A stretch of DNA of 64,000 bases from a candidate division WOR-3 bacterium (lineage in GTDB: Bacteria > Hydrothermota > Tepidihabitantia > Tepidihabitantales > Tepidihabitantaceae): contig CBFGJX010000011.1 of the NCBI GenBank assembly GCA_965649225.1, positions 1 to 64,000 of the forward strand, given 5' to 3'. A program made the position numbers and the translations under genes. This document shows, one piece after another, positions 57,795-64,000 of this stretch. Below the pieces are notes generated by a model. It was not told the origin of the DNA, did no database searches, and was given only the letters and a program-made list of their open reading frames with translations. The stretch's first letter is position 1; every line of letters begins with the position of its first letter.

Positions 57795-58898
57795 ATGGTA
57801 AGCCACCGGTTGCGAAGTATCGGACTGGTCACCGTCGGTCTGATCTTGCTGGCGCTGCTGGTCGTGGCTAATCTGCGCCGGCCCGGCGATGGCGAGCCGG
57901 TGGAAACAGTCGTTGCCGGTTTTGGTTCGATTGTATCGGTGGTATCAGCAACCGGGGTGCTGCGCGCCGCCGATCAGGTAAGTCTGCAGGCACAGGTTAT
58001 CGGCGTGGTGAAACGGCTGGCAGTGCAGGAAGGCGACTTTGTCCGACCGGGAGATGTGCTGCTTGAGCTGGACCGGCAGGGTTATGAGGCTAATCTGGCC
58101 ATGGCCCGCGCCCGCTACACCCAGCTTGCCGCCGCCCACGCCCGGATTGAAAGCCTGGCCGCGGCGGGACTGGCCGCGCCCGAGGCACGGGAGGCGTCGC
58201 AGGCGGCCTTGGAGTCAGCCCGGGCCCAGTTTCTCCAGGCCGAAGATCAGTACCAGAAGGCGGTGATACGTTCGCCAATCGCCGGGACCGTTGTGAAGGT
58301 GGCAATCAAGGCCGGGGAGACGGTGCTGGTTGGTACGATGAACAATCCTGGCTCGGTGCTGATGGTGATTGCCGATCTCTCCCGAATGGAGGCAATTGTC
58401 GGTGCCGATGAGGCGGATGTGGTTAACGTCGCTGTTGGCCAGCCGGCAAGGGTGGAAGCGGATGCACTGCCCATGCAATCGATCCCCGGCCACGTTGTTC
58501 GCGTCGGGTGGATGCCGGCACAGGATCTCTTGTCGACGACTGGCGCAGTCGAGGGGACGGTATTTGAGGTAGCGGTGGCGCTGGATTCGGCGGTCGAACA
58601 ACTGCGGCCGGGAATGAGCGTCCGGGCCGAGATCACCACCGCCAGTCTCGACAGTGTGCTGGTGCTGCCGGCCGGGGCAGTCGGTCGCCGTCAGCTGGAG
58701 GGCAGGGAACAGTCAACCGTGTTTGTCGTCAGCGGTGGCCGGACGTTGCTGCGGGCAGTGACGACTGGCAGTTCGTCTGATGACAGCGTCGAAATCCGCT
58801 CTGGCCTGCGGCCGGGTGAAACTGTTGTCAGCGGACCCTACAAGACGCTGGCTCGGCTGCGCGACGGTCGCCGTGTCCGGCCGCAACCGGTACAGTAA
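57795..58898 (+). CDS. Efflux periplasmic adaptor (MacA/YknX-like)
   Basis: V.EGD.V..GD.L, IRSPIAGTV, LRPGMS. Confidence 0.9.
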   Translation: MVSHRLRSIGLVTVGLILLALLVVANLRRPGDGEPVETVVAGFGSIVSVVSATGVLRAADQVSLQAQVIGVVKRLAVQEGDFVRPGDVLLELDRQGYEANLAMARARYTQLAAAHARIESLAAAGLAAPEAREASQAALESARAQFLQAEDQYQKAVIRSPIAGTVVKVAIKAGETVLVGTMNNPGSVLMVIADLSRMEAIVGADEADVVNVAVGQPARVEADALPMQSIPGHVVRVGWMPAQDLLSTTGAVEGTVFEVAVALDSAVEQLRPGMSVRAEITTASLDSVLVLPAGAVGRRQLEGREQSTVFVVSGGRTLLRAVTTGSSSDDSVEIRSGLRPGETVVSGPYKTLARLRDGRRVRPQPVQ

Positions 58899-58901
58899 CC
58901 G

Positions 58902-59597
58902 GTGACGACGATTCCGGGCCAGAGCGATCCGCCGCTGATCCGAACCGAAGGCTTGAGCAAGGTCTATCGCACCGGCGCTGTGGCATTCACAGCACTGACT
59001 GATGTCAATATTACTATCGCCGCTGGCGATTACATTGCCTTGACCGGACCGTCGGGTTCGGGCAAGTCAACGCTGATGCATCTGCTGGGCTGCTTGGATA
59101 CACCATCGCAGGGCCGCGTGATTTTCCAGGGTCGCGATACCGGAACGCTCGACGACACCGCACTGGCGGCGTTACGCAACCGGTCAATCGGCTTCGTTTT
59201 TCAGAATTTCAACCTGCTGCCCCGTTTGTCGGCACAGGCGAACGTTGAGCTGCCCATGATCTATGCCGGCGTCAGCCGCAGCGAGCGTGCCCGCCGGGCC
59301 GCCGAACTTCTGGCGATGGTTGGACTGGAAAACCGGCGCAACAACCGCCCCGGCGAACTGTCCGGTGGCGAAATGCAGCGGGTAGCAATCGCCCGGGCAC
59401 TGGCGAACCGCCCAGCGCTGATCCTGGCCGACGAGCCAACCGGTAATCTGGATTCCCGCACCGGTGCCGGGGTAATGAAACTTTTTGATGAGCTGGCCGC
59501 CGCCGGCAATACGATCGTACTGGTAACCCACGATGCCGCCGTCGCCGGCCATGCTGGCCGGCAGATTCGCATCTGTGACGGCCGGATATGCAGTTAG
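58902..59597 (+). CDS. ABC transporter ATP-binding protein (MacB/YknY-like)
   Basis: GPSGSGKS, LSGGEMQR, LADEPTGNLD. Confidence 0.95.
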   Translation: MTTIPGQSDPPLIRTEGLSKVYRTGAVAFTALTDVNITIAAGDYIALTGPSGSGKSTLMHLLGCLDTPSQGRVIFQGRDTGTLDDTALAALRNRSIGFVFQNFNLLPRLSAQANVELPMIYAGVSRSERARRAAELLAMVGLENRRNNRPGELSGGEMQRVAIARALANRPALILADEPTGNLDSRTGAGVMKLFDELAAAGNTIVLVTHDAAVAGHAGRQIRICDGRICS

Positions 59598-59600
59598 CCG

Positions 59601-60839
59601 ATGCGGTTTGTTGATCTGCTGCGCCTTTCGCTGGAGACTTTTCGCACCCACCGGCTGCGGTCGTTTCTGACCGCACTGGGAATCATCATCGGGGTGATGA
59701 CGGTAATCGCGATCGTCTCGCTTATTCAGGGGATGAACTATGAGGTGGAGCGGCAGATTGCCTCACTGGGATCGAATACGATTTTTGTCCAGCGGGTGGC
59801 CTGGGGTATGGGCCGGATTGACTGGGATGAAATCAACCGTCGCCCCCGGCTGACCAGCGCCGACGCGCTGGCGATCGCCCGACTGCACGGCGTGGCCGCA
59901 GCGGCACCGGTGCGCTCGCGACTGGTGAACCGGATTGTGTACCGCGGACGCCGGGTGACCAATATTGAGCTGCTGGGAGTGATGCCGGCGCAGGCGGCAA
60001 TCAGCAACTACCAAGTGGCTGCCGGCCGGTTCATCGGCGCCGATGACAGTTTGCGCCGACGAGCAGTGTGTGTGATTGGTGCCCACCTTGCTGACAATCT
60101 CTTCCCCGACACCGACCCACTCGGGGCCCGGCTGCCGATCGATGGCGTCAGCTTCACCGTCGTCGGCATTCTCGCCCCGAAGGGAAGTTTTTTCGGCCAG
60201 AGCCAGGATGCGCTGGTACTCATTCCGCTGCCGGCGTTTGAAAAATACTATCAGCCGGCGGGCGGATTTATGGGCTTTTCCGGCGAGCTGTCGATTCAGG
60301 TGCTGCCCGAACGGGGCACACTGACCGCCCGGGTGGTTGATGCCGTCCGCGAGCTTCTGCGTCGCCGGCGTGGACTGGGCTACGATGCGCCCGACGACTT
60401 CGCCATCAACACTCAGGATACGCTGCGCGAACTGTACCGCAATATCACCCGGGTGGCCTACATCGTAATGGTGGCAGTGGCGGCGATTTCGCTGCTGGTC
60501 GGTGGGATTGGCATCATGAATATCATGCTGGTGGCGGTGGCAGAACGGACGCGCGAAATCGGGCTGCGCAAGGCACTGGGCGCTACCAGCGCAATGGTGC
60601 TGTGGCAGTTTCTGCTCGAGGCCGTGCTGTTGGCGCTCGCCGGTGGTGGCATCGGCATCGCCATCGGACTCGGCATCGCCAAGGCAGTCGAGCTGCTGGC
60701 ACATCTCCGGGCCGCGGCACCGCTATGGGTAATCCTGCTCGGTTTCTTCTTTTCCGCCGGGGTGGGGATATTTTTCGGCATCTTTCCCGCCTCGCGCGCG
60801 GCAAAGCTGTCGCCGATCGATGCGCTGCGCTACGAGTAG
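59601..60839 (+). CDS. ABC transporter permease (MacB/YknZ-like)
   Basis: RSFLTALGIIIG, VGGIGIMNIML..ERTREIG, PIDALRYE. Confidence 0.95.
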   Translation: MRFVDLLRLSLETFRTHRLRSFLTALGIIIGVMTVIAIVSLIQGMNYEVERQIASLGSNTIFVQRVAWGMGRIDWDEINRRPRLTSADALAIARLHGVAAAAPVRSRLVNRIVYRGRRVTNIELLGVMPAQAAISNYQVAAGRFIGADDSLRRRAVCVIGAHLADNLFPDTDPLGARLPIDGVSFTVVGILAPKGSFFGQSQDALVLIPLPAFEKYYQPAGGFMGFSGELSIQVLPERGTLTARVVDAVRELLRRRRGLGYDAPDDFAINTQDTLRELYRNITRVAYIVMVAVAAISLLVGGIGIMNIMLVAVAERTREIGLRKALGATSAMVLWQFLLEAVLLALAGGGIGIAIGLGIAKAVELLAHLRAAAPLWVILLGFFFSAGVGIFFGIFPASRAAKLSPIDALRYE

Positions 60840-60888
60840 CCGTATCCCCACCGGCTTGACAGCCGAAGTCGCACTGGTATAATTACTT

Positions 60889-61110
60889 ATGCCTATCAGG
60901 GAATACCGATGCGGCCGGTGCCGCCACGAATTTGAAGAACTTGTTCTGTCGACCCGCGACGAGCGGGCGCAAAAGTGCCCCAAGTGCGGCAGCCGTCGGT
61001 TGATCAACCGTTTCTCCGTGTTTGGCGTCGCCGGCGCCGAAAAGAAAGTAACCGGTTCGGCAAAGTCCTGCGGGACTTGCAGTTCGCGCAGCTGTTCCAG
61101 CTGCAGTTAG
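60889..61110 (+). CDS. FmdB family zinc-ribbon protein
   Basis: MPIREYRC..C..FE..CPKCGS; TTGACA-N16-TATAAT 5 nt upstream. Confidence 0.88.
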   Translation: MPIREYRCGRCRHEFEELVLSTRDERAQKCPKCGSRRLINRFSVFGVAGAEKKVTGSAKSCGTCSSRSCSSCS

Positions 61111-61120
61111 GAGGGCAGCG

Positions 61121-61417
61121 ATGACCGTCACCAAAGCTGATCTTGTCGAAACGATTTCGCGCCAGATGGCACCCAATATCACCAAACGCGATGTCGGCCG
61201 GATTGTCCAGATGTTTATCGACGAAATCTGTCGGACCCTGCAGGAAGGCAACCGGATCGAAATCAGAGGTTTCGGCGTGATGTCAACCAAGCTGCGCAAG
61301 CCGAAGGTGGCGCGCAACCCCAAGACCAAGGACCCGGTCAACATCCCGCCCCGGCGCGTGCCGGTTTTCAAAGCTTCCCGCCTGCTCAAGGCCAGTCTGA
61401 TGAAGGGAGGAATGTAG
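61121..61417 (+). CDS. HU/IHF family DNA-binding protein
   Basis: TKADL, IEIRGFG, ARNPKT, PVFK. Confidence 0.93.
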   Translation: MTVTKADLVETISRQMAPNITKRDVGRIVQMFIDEICRTLQEGNRIEIRGFGVMSTKLRKPKVARNPKTKDPVNIPPRRVPVFKASRLLKASLMKGGM

Positions 61418-61420
61418 CCA

Positions 61421-61516
61421 ATGCCGTGCGGCCGCAAACGCAAGCTCGCCAAAATCCGTCGCCACAAGTTCAAGAAACGCATCAAACTGCTTCGCCACAA
61501 AAAGAAGCTGCGCTAG
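61421..61516 (+). CDS. Small basic ribosomal protein, bS22/AURKAIP1-COX24 family (31 aa)
   Basis: MPCGRKRKLAKIRRHKFKKRIKLLRHKKKLR; GGAGG upstream; below ORF-track size cutoff. Confidence 0.8.
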   Translation: MPCGRKRKLAKIRRHKFKKRIKLLRHKKKLR

Positions 61517-61607
61517 TCTGGCCGCGCCGGGCCACAGCCCGAACCGTCGGTTGACTGGTTGACTTGCCGGGTCGGGCGGTGTACGCTTGCCCCAAGCAGG
61601 AGGTCTT

Positions 61608-62060
61608 ATGTTGAAACAGTTTCGTGACTTCGCCCTGCGGGGCAACGTCGTTGACATGGCGGTCGGCATCATCATCGGTGCCGCTTTCAGCGCCATTGTC
61701 CGCTCGCTGGTTGACGACATCATCATGCCGCCGGTCGGACTGCTTTTGGGCCGGGTCGATTTTGCCAACCTGTTTCTGGTGCTGCGGCCCGGCAGTGGCG
61801 ATCCCGGCCCTTACCAGTCGCTGGCCGCCGCCAAGGCCGCCGGCGCCGTAACCCTCAACTACGGCGTTTTCACCAACAGTCTGCTCAGCTTTCTGATTGT
61901 CGCGCTGGCGCTGTTTTTTGTCATCCGGGCAGTGAACAGTGCCCGAAAGCCGGCGCCGGCACCGGCAGCACCGGCGACAAAAGAATGTCCATTTTGCTTC
62001 AGTGCGATTCCACTGAAGGCGACGCGCTGCCCAGCCTGCACGTCCCAGCTCGGCGGCTAG
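61608..62060 (+). CDS. mscL: Large-conductance mechanosensitive channel with C-terminal zinc ribbon
   Basis: [28 protein letters not shown] tail. Confidence 0.94.
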   Translation: MLKQFRDFALRGNVVDMAVGIIIGAAFSAIVRSLVDDIIMPPVGLLLGRVDFANLFLVLRPGSGDPGPYQSLAAAKAAGAVTLNYGVFTNSLLSFLIVALALFFVIRAVNSARKPAPAPAAPATKECPFCFSAIPLKATRCPACTSQLGG

Positions 62061-62787
62061 GCCCGCGGCGATAGTACACCCGCTCCAGTACCAGCCCGGC
62101 GGCCGGAGCGGTCTGAAACGGCCGGTGTCGGTGGCCGGCCAAGGCATTCGTGATATCGTCAGTGCTGAGCCGACCGGTCCCGACAGCCACCAGCGCGCCG
62201 ACAATCCGCCGAACCATCTTGAACAGAAACCGGTCTGCCTCAATTGTGAAGACGATCACCCGGCCCCGCGCCGCCAACGCCAGCCGCCTTACCCGGCACA
62301 CCCCGCTGGTGTCGGCGGTGTGGCAGAAGAGCTGAAAATCCCGCTCACCCACAAACAACACCAGTCCGGCACGGCAGCGGGCCACATCGATCGGCAGTCG
62401 GACCTCCCAAGCCCGGTCACGCCAGAGCGGTGCGATGCCGCGGACAACCGTGTAGCGATACTGCTTGGCAACAGCATCAAACCGGGCGTGAAAGCCAGCC
62501 GGTACTTCAACCAGCTCTTGAATTGTCACCGCCGGTGGCAGGTGATAGTTCAACGCCAGCCGCAGCCGTTCGCTGGGCAAAGTTGTCCGGGTGTGAAAAT
62601 TGGCGACAAACCGCCGGGCTGACACGCCAGCGTCGGTGCGCGAACAACCACACACCCGCACCCGTTCACCGGTCACCCGTTCAATTGCGGCTTCCACCGC
62701 TCCCTGCACCGTCGGCCGGTTGGGCTGAAACTGCCAGCCGGCAAAGCCGCTGCCGTCAAACTCGATTGTCAGTCGGAGATTGCGCAC
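61999..62787 (-). CDS. truA: tRNA pseudouridine(38-40) synthase
   Basis: [29 protein letters not shown]. Confidence 0.94.
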   Translation of the reverse strand: MRNLRLTIEFDGSGFAGWQFQPNRPTVQGAVEAAIERVTGERVRVCGCSRTDAGVSARRFVANFHTRTTLPSERLRLALNYHLPPAVTIQELVEVPAGFHARFDAVAKQYRYTVVRGIAPLWRDRAWEVRLPIDVARCRAGLVLFVGERDFQLFCHTADTSGVCRVRRLALAARGRVIVFTIEADRFLFKMVRRIVGALVAVGTGRLSTDDITNALAGHRHRPFQTAPAAGLVLERVYYRRGPSRRAGTCRLGSASPSVESH

Positions 62788-62806
62788 CGCCGGGCCGCGT
62801 CCGGCC

Positions 62807-63178
62807 TCACTGGCGGCCGCTGCGCCCGGCAAGACACTTCATGCACAACCGGGCTTGGGGCACTACCTCAAGCCGGGCCCGAGCAATCGGCCGGCCGCAC
62901 GACTCGCAGATGCCGTAGCTGCCGTTGGCAATCCGCTTCAGCGCTTCGTCAATTTCCCGCAACGCTTTCGCCTCGACCGACTTCAGCATGTAGGCCCGCT
63001 CGCGTTCGTAGTTTTCAGTGCCCTGATCGGCGATGTGAGTGCGGTGGCCGGAAAGATCACCCGTCGCGTCGGGTCCGCTCTCCTTGCCGATTTCCGCAGT
63101 AATACTGGCCTGTCGCAGCAGCCGCTTTTTTTCCTCGAGCAACGCCTTCTCAAATCGCCGCAGGTCGCTTTTGTTCAA
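62807..63178 (-). CDS. DksA/TraR C4 zinc-finger protein
   Basis: Coiled coil; YGICESCG..I..ARL..P.ARLC..C. Confidence 0.9.
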   Translation of the reverse strand: MNKSDLRRFEKALLEEKKRLLRQASITAEIGKESGPDATGDLSGHRTHIADQGTENYERERAYMLKSVEAKALREIDEALKRIANGSYGICESCGRPIARARLEVVPQARLCMKCLAGRSGRQ

Positions 63179-64000
63179 TGCTGCCTCACTCTCTCCAGTG
63201 CCACTTCAGCGGGCCGGCCGTTCACCTTCAGTTGGCGGACAATGTCGGCCGCTGCCGGGATGGTATCGGTCAGCTCAACCGCCAGGGTCTCACGCCGGAT
63301 GTAATCACCGTGAACTGCCAGCGCTGTACTGAGCGGCGCTTCCGCCCTGACCGCCAGCCGAATCCGGTCAGCAACATCAAACCCGGCTTCCTTGCGCAGA
63401 TTCTGAATCTGATGAACCAGTTCACGTGCCATCCCCTCGGCGAGCAGTTCCGGCGTCAGCGCGGTATCAAGTCCCACCGTCAAATCCGCTGTCGTTTCGG
63501 TCGCCAGCCCCGGCGGCAGTTCGCCGGCCGGCAGGACAAACTCTACCGTCTTGACGTTCAGCTCCTCGCGCAGCGAATCTTCATAGCGCCGCAGGCTCGC
63601 CGCCGCTTCCGGCCCGGTCCGGCACACCAGCCGGGCCAGTGGCTGCCGCACCTTCAGTCCAGCCCTTTCCCGCACCGCCCGGCCGAGCGAAATCGCTGTC
63701 CGGACCAGTGCCACTTCGTTTTCCAGTTCGCGGTCCACCAGCTCGCGGTCGGCCTCCGGCCAGGGACAAAGGTGAACCGATTCCGGTGCCGCCGGGTCGA
63801 CCGCCCGTACCAGCCGTTGATAAAGTTCCTCAGCCAGAAACGGCATGAACGGAGCGAGCAGTCGGCACAGCGTCGCCAGACACTCATACAGTGTCCGGTA
63901 AGCAGCCGCTTTGTCGGAATCGGAATCGGATTTCCAGAATCGCCGCCGGCTGCGCCGGACATACCACACCGACAGGTCTTCGACAAACTCCTCTATCGCC
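63175..64000 (-). CDS. ileS: Isoleucine--tRNA ligase, C-terminal part (IleS2-type tail)
   Basis: WYVRRSRRRFW, LAPFMPF, SVHL, ELNVK, EG.ARE..IQ.LRK. Confidence 0.93.
   Translation of the reverse strand, partial: AIEEFVEDLSVWYVRRSRRRFWKSDSDSDKAAAYRTLYECLATLCRLLAPFMPFLAEELYQRLVRAVDPAAPESVHLCPWPEADRELVDRELENEVALVRTAISLGRAVRERAGLKVRQPLARLVCRTGPEAAASLRRYEDSLREELNVKTVEFVLPAGELPPGLATETTADLTVGLDTALTPELLAEGMARELVHQIQNLRKEAGFDVADRIRLAVRAEAPLSTALAVHGDYIRRETLAVELTDTIPAAADIVRQLKVNGRPAEVALERVRQH

Noticed and set aside
61999..62060. 62-nt convergent overlap of truA and mscL
   Set aside because: Non-conserved TruA tail from stop-codon drift; similar short convergent overlaps occur at 15902-15927 and 50166-50194
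1..64000. CRISPR array, IS element, prophage or rRNA
   Set aside because: No regularly spaced repeats, transposase, phage or rRNA signatures found by eye

Overview
High-GC bacterial chromosome segment from an anaerobic diderm. It has LPS genes, V-type ATPase D, [FeFe]-hydrogenase maturases and secreted proteins with Por/T9SS-like C-terminal domains; the gene content suggests an FCB-adjacent lineage such as candidate division WOR-3 (inference). Most of the window is housekeeping: hisS, coaE, fabF/acpP, topA, acpS, lpxACD/fabZ, mtaB, rpsA, ispH, cmk, rbfA-truB-ribF, truA, ileS and two tRNAs. Highlights: (1) a minus-strand cluster at 28-36 kb, divergent from tatA-tatC, encoding two twin-arginine DUF362-like proteins (one also with a T9SS-type CTD), a lipoprotein, a membrane polyferredoxin and a ~1260-aa beta-propeller plus compact SprA-like outer-membrane protein; (2) a TM1266-hydG-aspA-hydF-hydE operon whose leader has three tandem GGAC..GTCC hairpins; (3) a caspase/CHAT-like lipoprotein with an apparent ACG start, flanked by a diverged duplicate of its neighbour's 3' end; (4) a sharp C-rich to G-rich strand-skew inversion inside ribF near 55.1 kb; (5) many sigma70-like promoters 5-10 nt from start codons, suggesting leaderless mRNAs. 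No CRISPR array, transposase or integrase was seen. All calls come from motif recognition by eye, not database searches.
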